From contig QPGO01000002.1 of the NCBI GenBank assembly GCA_008632985.1, forward strand, positions 558,001-622,000: a DNA stretch of 64,000 nt, written 5' to 3'. Shown here piece after piece: positions 36,456-46,372 of the stretch; positions within the stretch are counted from its first letter, which is position 1, and every line of letters starts with the position of its first letter. The notes below the pieces were generated by a model that was not told the DNA's origin, did not search any database, and saw nothing but the letters and a program-made list of their open reading frames with translations. This DNA comes from Psammoneis japonica. Taxonomy: Eukaryota. The position numbers and the translations under genes were made by a program.

Positions 36456-39445
36456 TTATTCTAGAGACGACTGGTTGGATGGTTTGTCAAGAAGCATGTC
36501 CAGTTGCTTTCTCGCATCTTCAAACAGCAACTTCTCTTTGCGCACAAAGCGAAGCATGTTTAGCTCAGTCCGTGAAAGCGACTCAAGGGGATCTTCATTG
36601 CGCGTCCCCAACCTATGCTTGTCAAGAACTTCATGCCGGTGGATCCTTCCGTCAAGAAACTGCCTCAGCAGATCGTAACCATCTACAGCATCACTGCTTT
36701 CATCTTGTTCTTTCTCCATTTCCGCCTTGATCACGAGGAATTTGGCCACCTGGTCGAGCGAGTCGCCGTGGATGCCCCCAATACAGAAAATAGGGCTTAG
36801 AGAGTCGACGTCGATCTCCGACAGCCGTTCCAAACAATCTTCTGTTTCACTGTTCGAGAGCTTCGACGTTGAAATCGATAAGCTGTTGACCAACGCACAA
36901 TCATAACTGTTGTTCTCTAGAAAGAAGCCGTGGTGGGTCATATAAACGAAGTTTGACTGCGCGTAGTTTTCGTCGACGCGGTCTCCTTCGTTGAAGCTCC
37001 GTGGGGCCGTCGACACACTCGCCGTTCCCTCGTCGTTCAGCTTTACGTCGTGCTCCCACATGAGCTCCCCGTCGTCATTGGGACGCTCATCGCAATTGAT
37101 GTTATCAACCAGGGGATGCAAGTGCGATTCGACGTTCAAGGGGATTCCTCGCGTATTGTGAATGTTAAAAGCCCAAATATATTTCTCCATATCTAGCATG
37201 ATAGAAGGTCCCATAGCTTCAACTAGATCCACGTTCGTGGACAACATCTTGAAGATATCACGAGCATCCTTCTGGCGATTCAACATGTAGCCTCGAGTAT
37301 CAGAACCGGCTAGCATCTCCAATTGCTCCTTTCTTAAGAAGAATGGATACATCACTTTCATTTCTTCCGGCGATGGAATCAAGTTTAAATATGGCCACCA
37401 CCGACTCTCCTCCCGTAAAACAAAGTACTCATACATTAGGAAGATCTCTAAGCATTGATCACACGCGTCCTTTTGATCCATCGTTTGCACCACAGCCTCA
37501 AGCGCTGGGTTTTTTGGAAAGGATAGATGATGTCGACTTACAGTACCCGAGATGGGGTATGAGAAGTAAACCTCACCTTGCTTGATATCCTCCTTGGCAA
37601 CAACTCCAGCCCTCATACCACTGTCGCCAATAAACCTCACTTCGACTTTTGACACATTTGGAGAAAACGATTCAATAAACGAGTTGAAAGAATCAATATC
37701 TTTTTGAGTGAGGCGTCTTGGAGAACCATCTTCGACAGGAACAGTACCACAAAATCCTGTTTCGCTCTCACTACATTGGTCGATCGAATCTTTTTCATTG
37801 TCCGCCGCCGAGAAACCTTTCGCCAGTAGAGTGAGGACGTGCTTGTCAATAATGCGTAGTTGAATTGCAACGTTTGCTCGCTCAATACTAACGCCTTCAG
37901 GTATCCAGGATGAGAGGGAGGCGAAGTATTCCATGTCCTGTTCCACACTTGTTTGCGCAGAGTCCAACAGCCTTCTCGCTGCTCCCTGCAACATGGTGTG
38001 CACTCGTTCCTCCGCGCCTTGATATCGAGTACAGAGCGCCCGCACCAACTCACGGTCGGGTTCTTCATGGTCAAGGGCCTCAAAGCACGGTCTATACGGC
38101 CCGTCGTCGTCACGTGACATTGCAATCATGGTCAAGCGACCCGCATCGCGATTGCTTGACAAAGTTCCATCCGCCCGAACCCAAACATATTCGGGTACGA
38201 AATCGTCGCGAGTTGCTTTCCTGAGATAGTAATTGCTTGAGTCCTTCTCTCCATCCCATAAGTATGACGTTGGAATAGTTACGTAGTGCTGTTGGGTAAT
38301 GTATGGGCCTTCTGGATCCGTGTATTCGTCGGGAACAAATCCACCAGTTTCCACAAAATGACCAACAAGAAAGGGACCGTAGTCTTCAAAGATTTGCTGG
38401 TTCGGTAGCACCGGGCGATCTGCACGAACGCTGTAAACCGTATTGTTCTCATTAAAGTTGTGATAGAGCTCAAACGGACCTTGGTAGTACATGTTACCGT
38501 CTTTTGTCAGAGAGCCGGCTGGAGGTGATGGCGAGTGGTTGAGCAGGTCTGCCATGGGCATCAACACGTGCACCTGGCCTCCATCCATGCCCATGACACG
38601 AGACTCTACAATGGCGAAAAAGTGGTGGAAGTTCAACCAATCAAAAGAGCAAAAGTCACCATCCATGGCTATGTTCTGATCATTTTCCCTGTCCAGGTAG
38701 CCCTTCCCTTTGTGAGCACATCCCACAACCCTAGAGCTTCAATTTCAGAGAAAGCCGACCTTAGTACCTCCTTTCGATCATCAACTGTCTGCTTCATGTA
38801 AGAAAACGTGTCAATGTTTTCAAGCAGAAGAGAATCCCATTCGAGTTCGCTAAACGTGTCAAACCTCGGAGCCAATGTCTGCGGGAGAATATCCAAGTAG
38901 GGAGCAAAGTCAGAAGTAGAATGAAAGCACTGCTCAATCATCAATCGAATAGCCAAGATGATGTTTTGCTGGGTTTCTTGTTCCAGAGCGGATAAGATGC
39001 TACCGAACTTGTCAATAATTGTTTCATTTGATGAAGATTCCGGCGTATCTTGAACTTCTTTTTCGTGCGATGCTTCGATCCATTTCTCGAATGCTTCAAC
39101 TGTTTCGTTGGCGTGCATAAAGAGCTTATCGGGGACTGATACGAGAACGTCTAGCTGCTGGATTGCCGACACTGTCAGTTGACTCCTATTCTTCTCTGCG
39201 CCCGGAATCGTCGGTTTTGCCACCAACCCCAAGCCATTGTAGTCCTTCAGCGCTTCAATGCCAACCGACGGAGAAATGAATCCTCCGTTTCCCTCAAACC
39301 AATGGCGGAAGATATCTGCCTTCTCTTCCACTGATGTGACGGATGCATCGCCTTCAGCTAAAGCAACGGAGGATACACCCAAGAACGCGAGGCACAGAAA
39401 GAGGCAGAAGAAGAAGGCTTTACTCATTGATTTTGATACAAGCAT
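36456..39445 (-). CDS. Secreted protein with two SET (Rubisco-LSMT-like) methyltransferase domains; apparent frameshift at ~38700-38725
   Basis: Signal peptide (FFFCLFLCLAFLGVSSVALA); SET1 GLGLVA..PYLDILP..PMADLLNH..IFEDYG; SET2 RAGVVAKEDI..WWPYLNLIP..PLVDNINC..ENY..HGF. Confidence 0.8.
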
Positions 39446-39735
39446 CTTGTTTTATGGTCTCTCCTCCTCCCCGCACTTTCCATCGGCACAACCCAGCCAC
39501 AACGACGACTTATTGTCGAAATCAACCGTGCGCTCCGCGCACAGTGCGATCTTGGATCTCTGCGCGCGCGGATCTTGCTTCAACTTGAGTTCTTCAATGT
39601 TTTATGTACAGTACTGTAGGAGTAGTTCATGTAGATGGGTGTTTTCATACTCGTATAACATGATTGAATATTATTTCCGTTGGAAGAAGCCAGACAAATA
39701 TCAATTTTTTTGAAATTTTAAAAAATGCAAAAGGC

Positions 39736-39935
39736 CACGTGCTCCCAACCAAAGCACGTGCTTCCTTTATATCACGCATTGCATCACAGGCCGGGACGGA
39801 CGTTGGCGGGATGGATGCTTTTGATGGCACATCACAACCTTTGTGTCCTTGCGAAAGGCCACGTGCTTGATGTTCCCGCCACGAAGAAGACACTCTATAG
39901 GATTGGAACGCCACGTGCTTCCTTCCATGTGACGT
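39736..39935. promoter_or_regulatory. Cluster of four CACGTGCT (G-box/E-box) motifs in a divergent intergenic region
   Basis: CACGTG at 39736, 39755, 39860 and 39912, each followed by CT; TGACGT at ~39930. Confidence 0.55.
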
Positions 39936-40139
39936 CCCTGTGTGATTGGCGAACGAGCATCTCACAAACAACAAAGTAAACGGAAACTTTTCATTTAACG
40001 ACAACCAAAAACGCTTGTGAAATTCTACATACGAAAATGTGATACGAGGACAAGACGAGGAGCGGAAGTTTCTGCCACAAACATCTTGCTCACTTTTCTC
40101 TCTCATACAGCATCACAACCCTCACTCATCTCTGCAAAC

Positions 40140-40601
40140 ATGAAAATCACCGCAATCCTTGTTCTCCTCATTGCCGCCCTCGCTGGGACCTCTGCGTCGC
40201 AACTTCGTTTCGTAAAGCCTGGTGGTGACGTGACCGACCAAGCCGAGAACCATGTGAGTCTTTTTTGATGCGACGTGCGTGACGAGGACATCAATTGCTG
40301 ATTTCTCGTTCTCATTCATGTTTCGTTTCACTTTGCTTGTTTATACCTGCAGGCATCTTATCATCGTGGTCTGAGCATGAGGAGCAGCATGAGTATGAGC
40401 ATGAGTATGAGCATGAGTATGAGCATGACTATGAGCAGCATGTCGAGCATGAGCAGCATGACTATGAGCAGCATGTCGAGCATGAGCAGCATGACTATGA
40501 GCAGCATGTCGAGCAAGAGCACGATGGTGATGTCGAGCTCAAGCAGCAGTCGACGCCTGGATGCCGACGACTCTGTCGAGGATGTTGACGAGGAGTGGTA
40601 G
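40140..40601 (+). CDS. 120-aa secreted precursor of a Ser/Met-repeat peptide flanked by RXL motifs
   Basis: Exon 40140-40253 with signal peptide MKITAILVLLIAALAGTSA; intron GTGAGT...CTGCAG at 40254-40352; exon 40353-40601 in frame: ASYHRGL-SMRSSMSMSM...SSSS-RRL-DADDSVEDVDEEW. Confidence 0.88.
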
Positions 40602-40985
40602 TCGCTCATCTTTTTCAGTCCTTCATATATGCTGCACAAAATGCATCAGCGACATCGACAGCGGAAGGTGATGCTGCCGCGAGGATCGATAGTCACGATT
40701 TAGTTTAGTTTGTAACAACCACCGGTTTGCGACTGATGGGGTTGCCATTTAGGAATTATATTTGCATGTGATACTGTCGCACATTATGGAGAATCGCCTC
40801 CTGCTTTGCAACTACGTAATACGGTAGTACGGCCGATGCTCGCAATCCGAACCGTCCGATATTCAGTAGCAACTGCTTCCGATGTCATACTATGCAATGT
40901 TCGTTTTGCCACGCGTGCGCCCAGCAGTTTCGATGAAGGTTTCTAGATGTAGGGACACTCAACTGAGATAACGTTTATTTTTATA

Positions 40986-41921
40986 TTATAGCTGCATATC
41001 ATTGGAGTCCTTTGTGACGCAGTAAAAAGGCATGCTTTTGGTTTTATCCCTTGAATTTTGAAGTTGGAATGTCAAGAGGTAACCAATGGCCACAAATGTG
41101 GAAACTGCCACGTCTATATACTCTCTGGGGAGCACCCAATATATCAATTGAAAAATGACAAAAACTGCACCCTCGGTCCATTCGGACTTGCCTTCGGATG
41201 GGATCGAGAACTTGTCAGCGAATCCCAATCCCCCAATAAACAACATTGTCAAAATTTTCAACCAAGGACTCTTCAGTGACTCACGAAACGGAATCCGAAA
41301 TAACGGGTCAGCAAGCGTGCATACTACTGGTATACATGAGCGAATCTGACCTCTGAGACCAATGCTTTTGGGTCCCGATATGAACAGGTTCAAAACGAAC
41401 AAAGCCATGGAGAATTTTCTTGGAGCAAACCACACTGCGTCACGGTATTTTGGGTCATGCGTAAATAGAAAGGCAACAGCATACGCAATAGTGGCTGGTG
41501 TGACCCACCTCCCTAACCACTCTGCATCGCGGTATTTCGGGAGTTGAGAAACGATAAAGGAAGCAGCATAAGCAACAGCGAGTGGTGCAGTCAACCACTC
41601 AATTAAGTTCGGAAGCGATGAAATGTCCAGCATGTCGAAACCTCTGTACTTGCAGCCAAAGACAGCACAGCACGTGCGACAGTAGCTTGGTGGGGAGACA
41701 TTGTCGGAAAGAAAGGCAATATGTTCTGTAGTTTTCACGGTACGAATTCGGATGGGGTGAATAAGGTGTTTCGGAGGCAGAAACGAGGCTCCGACAAATG
41801 TGTGCGCAGCAAGTAGCACCACCGCCATCACTGTCTGGAAAACACTCCTCGAGGCGAATCGTCGACCAAATAACGATCTCATCGCCAACTGCTTTTTGAT
41901 GAAGAAGCCCTGTCGCTTCAA
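40986..41921 (-). CDS. Hypothetical multi-pass membrane protein; start uncertain
   Basis: 311-aa ORF in normal-composition DNA; several hydrophobic segments; internal repeat AYA..F....PKYRDA.W. Confidence 0.6.
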   Translation of the reverse strand: MKRQGFFIKKQLAMRSLFGRRFASRSVFQTVMAVVLLAAHTFVGASFLPPKHLIHPIRIRTVKTTEHIAFLSDNVSPPSYCRTCCAVFGCKYRGFDMLDISSLPNLIEWLTAPLAVAYAASFIVSQLPKYRDAEWLGRWVTPATIAYAVAFLFTHDPKYRDAVWFAPRKFSMALFVLNLFISGPKSIGLRGQIRSCIPVVCTLADPLFRIPFRESLKSPWLKILTMLFIGGLGFADKFSIPSEGKSEWTEGAVFVIFQLIYWVLPREYIDVAVSTFVAIGYLLTFQLQNSRDKTKSMPFYCVTKDSNDMQL

Positions 41922-42744
41922 CAGAATAATGTCAGAAAACAGAAAATGCGCTGTGACATGTCAAGGACAATGAACCATGCTGCGCGCACCATGCTGTTTT
42001 GTACGTAATGAACAAGAACGGGAGGTAAAAGGTATGCTGTGTGTTCCCTTCAAAGCCCGAGTAAGCTTAGCGGGGCTGCCGTGACACCTCTTTCGTCATG
42101 GTTGATGTTGGTGTTTGGTGTTCGGTGTTCTGTGTTGAAAAGTTTGAATGTGCGGCGGTCTGTACGTCTCCTCGCTTGAATTCGCGATGATTTATTAAAA
42201 AATATTCGTGGCTTAGATGTGTATTTTTTGTTTTTGATTTCTTCGACTTCCCTCCGACCGCGACGTCGCGCGCTCGCCAAAAACGCGCAGAGATAGACGC
42301 AAAAGTATGTTTGACCTACCGTGTTTTTGGATATTTTCGATGACTTTGAAACTGTGGAACACTTGGGGGTCGCGATTTGGAGTTTTTGACCCCCAGACCT
42401 ATTTTAATGCACGCCCACATGTCTGTAGAATGCATTAAAATACCAACGGTCCAAATCAGGTCGTGTTTAGCATGTCAAAAGTGTTCCACAATTTCGGTTG
42501 CTCGCCAATCAAAGAAATGAGGCACAACATTAATTATTTTAATAATTATATATATTTCAATGATCACACCCAAAACTCATACCTCATCTTCCGAAAAAAC
42601 CGCCAGAGCTTACCCCCCCATGGAATGAGCAGACTCTCAGCTTTCCATCGATGTATCGCATGTGGGGTAACTGTGCGTACAAAATTTCAACTCATCATAA
42701 ATACTCAAGTGCACGGTATGTACTACCGGTAGTAGGGCCCTACC

Positions 42745-43680
42745 ATGACGACGGTTGCACCATGGGCGGCTGTTACGGCGCTCCTTGTGTTGTCATTCCT
42801 CAATATTATACTGCTTCATGATAAATTCAGGGATTGTTCTTTTCCTTTTGGTAGAGACTCAGCTCCGGAGGAGAACATGACACCAGAATTTGGAATACAC
42901 AACGTTGGCTTTATGTCGCACTCTGTTGACCGTGAGTTTCACGTGCTCCCAAAGCGGTTAATCACCGTCCTTGGCTTGGAATCGTCGGGAACAAAGTTTC
43001 TAGCCAGTACAATAGCACAAGCTATTGAAGCGGATCCGAACCCTCTTTTTCCCGACCTTCTTCACAGCAACAATTCTACCATGATTCTTCACGTGTCGCA
43101 GCCGTTTGGCTTTTGGAAAAGCTTACGAAAGAGTATACCCAACGTTACTGATTTCATACCGCCAATCGAGTGTACCAAATGGCCCTTTATTGTAGGTATG
43201 GGCCCACCAAGTCCCTATTGTTTCAATGAGACTGGTCTCAGTGAAAGACTCCGAATGCCAAGACGTTTCATGCTCAACGTTACATCCCATGTGTTGTGGT
43301 ACAAGAGCCGAGGAGTACATGGAACAGCTGTTGTTATTGTGAGAGATGACTATGCTCACTTTCGAGGCAAACTCAAGAATCACCAATATCGCGAAGATGT
43401 GGCTCTCCAGGAAGATTTGCTTGCCAAGGAATTGTTTGTGGAGGCATTTGATCGACTACTCTCGCCATCTGAAATTATACTCGTTTCCTATGAAACACTC
43501 ATGTCGTTGCGTGCTCCAGTTCTCTTTCGACTGTACAAGCAACTGGGGATACAGAGTACTTTTGTTCCAGAATTTTCCAGTGGCAACAAAAAGTATATTC
43601 AAGACCCGAAAGGAGGGACCGAATGGAGCATAGATCCTGGTGGTAACGAGCACAATGTTACGGGCGAGAACGCGATATAG
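42745..43680 (+). CDS. Type II membrane sulfotransferase-like/P-loop protein, paralog 2 (intact)
   Basis: 311-aa ORF; N-terminal anchor; LPKRLITVLGLESSGTKFL; strong similarity to 34908-35771. Confidence 0.82.
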   Translation: MTTVAPWAAVTALLVLSFLNIILLHDKFRDCSFPFGRDSAPEENMTPEFGIHNVGFMSHSVDREFHVLPKRLITVLGLESSGTKFLASTIAQAIEADPNPLFPDLLHSNNSTMILHVSQPFGFWKSLRKSIPNVTDFIPPIECTKWPFIVGMGPPSPYCFNETGLSERLRMPRRFMLNVTSHVLWYKSRGVHGTAVVIVRDDYAHFRGKLKNHQYREDVALQEDLLAKELFVEAFDRLLSPSEIILVSYETLMSLRAPVLFRLYKQLGIQSTFVPEFSSGNKKYIQDPKGGTEWSIDPGGNEHNVTGENAI

Positions 43681-43890
43681 AAACATCGCTGTGAGGAACG
43701 ACTCTATTCCTTCTTTCATTACAGTTCTTGCGCATTGAAACATTGATGGTTGTGTTTGACTATCCTGTCGATTCATGCGTCCTTCATTCCATCCATCGAT
43801 TCGTGCATTGAATCGTGCGTCCGGCGTCTTGGAGATTGCGAATTGCGATGCGCTCTCTCATTTCAGGGCGTATCCAGCATAATAGCAGCC

Positions 43891-44454
43891 ATGACTTCTA
43901 GAAATGAAAACTTGGACAAGGCCGTCCTCTGGAAGCAACTCCAAGAGATTCAGCAACGCGACATGGATGAACTTAAAGAAGAAAGGAAGAAACTAGAGGA
44001 TGAAAAGGAGTCCATGGCAGATGTTGCGGCAGACGAAAGTGACATTATTGAGATTAACGTAGGTGGCGAAGCAATCATTTCTGCACACCGCAGCACTCTG
44101 TGCCTTGCTTCCGACTCCATGTTTGCTCACTTGTTCAGCGGGAGATGGGACGGCTCTTGTGCGCGTGACAGTGAAGGACGGGTCTTTTTTGATCACGACC
44201 CCGAGTTAATTCGATTGATTATGAACTTTCTTCGTATCAAACGAATCGAAGATCCATCGCATCCAATCTCTGCTCCAGAAATACCTAAAGGAAGGAAGAG
44301 CGAATTCATGTGTATGCTGCACTACTTTGGATTAACGGCGTTTTTCTATCCTCCCGACCACAGTAGCGACAACAACACCGACAGGCAGAAGGAGAGCAGA
44401 AGGGAGATTAACGCAGATGACTTTCTTTTGGGCTATGCAGCTAGTGATTATTGA
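43891..44454 (+). CDS. BTB/POZ (KCTD/K-channel tetramerisation type) domain protein with N-terminal coiled coil
   Basis: IIEINVGGE..HRSTLC..SMFAHLFSGRW..DSEGRVFFDHDPELIRLIMNFLR..YFGL. Confidence 0.9.
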   Translation: MTSRNENLDKAVLWKQLQEIQQRDMDELKEERKKLEDEKESMADVAADESDIIEINVGGEAIISAHRSTLCLASDSMFAHLFSGRWDGSCARDSEGRVFFDHDPELIRLIMNFLRIKRIEDPSHPISAPEIPKGRKSEFMCMLHYFGLTAFFYPPDHSSDNNTDRQKESRREINADDFLLGYAASDY

Positions 44455-44557
44455 TTCAGGATTGCGGAAGTTGCAGGATGTAGCCGAAGTTGGACTACTG
44501 TCGTAAAAGAGCATGTATTTCCAAGCTACCGTTATAATCACATCATGCACATTATTC

Positions 44558-45972
44558 TTAATTCTGTTCTGCGGCTTTTTGCCTCGCTTGCTGTCGTTTC
44601 AACATGACTTCGTTCCACTTTTCCATTTTGCGCATTTGTTGTTCCTCTTTTTCCTTGTTGCGCTTGCTGAGCCAGTCCATGACACCACCTTCGGGAACAT
44701 TGGGAGGTGGAGCGGCTCCCACCAAGTCGGACGAGGTCAACATTTTCTGTGATGAGTCGTCCGTTTGAGTCGGAGACAGTTCGGGTGGTGGAAGAGACGA
44801 ACCTCCCGGTGCTCGCAGCAATCCACCCAATCCCCGTTGGGCTTGCTGATATCGAGCTTCCTGCAGCGCTTGAATCCGTCGTTCCTGTTCATTCGCAATT
44901 TCGTCAGCGTCCATGCCCTCGAATTGCTTTAGAATGGACGGCACATCATTGTAACCCTCTCGTGCAATCTCGATCAAGAGTGGAGTAATGCGTTCCAAGG
45001 TATTGTCAGTACGATCGGTTGGGTCCGTATAGGGCTTGACCTTGATGAGATTGCCGGGGTGAAACTGAACGGCTTCAGGATCATCGTCCAATACGACGAT
45101 ACGATTAACATTGCGATTCAGATTGTCCAAATCCTTCACGTGCACTCCATTGTAATAATGCGTCGCATCCCGAAACAATCGATGCATAATGGTCCCGTGC
45201 GGGTCCAAGGAATCCACCACGGGAATGGCAATGGCGTCAATGGAAGGCGTGTACAAGACAATCTCATAGTATTGTGCCATGTCCTGCAAAAACTTGTCTA
45301 CACCGGGGCGTTTGGCGTGACGCCATCCATACCGACGATCCCACGTTGAACTAACAAGCGTCTCTTCCAAATCCAAAACGAGCGTGTGTGGAACAGGAAT
45401 GTCTTTTGGAACGTTGGGTATCTGTAGTTTTATGGCAGCATAAACGATTGGTTGATGAGATTTAAGCCATTAAAGAGTGTTGGTATGCAATAATAATTCA
45501 TACCTGTACTTACCTGAGACCAATCTGGCAAAAGCTTCTCGTGAGATGGCTTAGCAAAGTCATCCGACCATGATTTAATAGCACTCGTCAGGCCAATAGC
45601 CTCCGACAGCTTGGCAGGGGGGCTATTCTCGTCCATGAATCCCCACGTTAACAGCACTGTTGGAACACCCAAGCCCAAGTACCATACCCATCGTGAAGAC
45701 GGCATGATTGCTGAAAGCGATGGCGAGGATGATGAGGAGGAGGCTGCAGCGGAAGTTGTACCGCCACCACCACCCGCTTGCTGCTGCTGCTCTTCTAGGT
45801 AACGCATACCGCGTTCCTTTCTCGCTTTACGAAGTGCCTGACGTTCTTGTGGCGACACATTGCGTCGAGTAATTCCATGATTTGAAGAAAAAGTACGTTG
45901 CTTCACCGAAATGAGTCCCCGTCGCGAGGCGTTGCCAAACATTGTCGTCTTTTGCAGCAGCAATCTAGACAT
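44558..45972 (-). CDS. TIM50: Mitochondrial import inner membrane translocase subunit TIM50
   Basis: Basic presequence, single TM segment, intron 45422-45513, FCP1-like domain LVLDLEETLV..WDRRYGWRHAKRPGVDKFL..VKDL..LNR. Confidence 0.93.
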
Positions 45973-46372
45973 ATTTTTAGACCACAGTATATACAGAGAT
46001 TATGCAAATACCAATCGATACAAGTACAAAGCCTCTTTGCATACAATGTTTTCTTCTTGTTTCACACCATGAGCTCTGTGCTCTGTGCTACTCTGCCCAA
46101 AAACAACACGAACGAAGCAAGAACGCACCACACCACACATCATCTCGCGCGGTCGCTCTCTTGTTTTATTTTCTGACGAGGACAGACGGCACGCCCAAAG
46201 TGTGAGAAAGCCAAACGTACAGTCAGTCCTTCCAAATAGGTCGCGGCTCAGTCGTGAATGGATACGTCATCATTTGGTCGTCGTCAGAACCAACAACCGT
46301 ACAGTATCACAACATGGCTGTGTGTTCCCTTCTCATTGCACACTTTCTAAGAGACGGAACGATTGGAGGAGA

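Noticed and set aside
40295..40639. Alternative readings of the repeat (HEYEHEY frame; minus-strand MLILML frame)
   Set aside because: Only the Ser/Met frame joins the signal-peptide exon through a canonical intron
42040..42700. Possible MITE or regulatory hairpins (GGGGGTC...GACCCCC; TACCCC...GGGGTA)
   Set aside because: Short inverted matches only; no second copy, termini or TSD in the window
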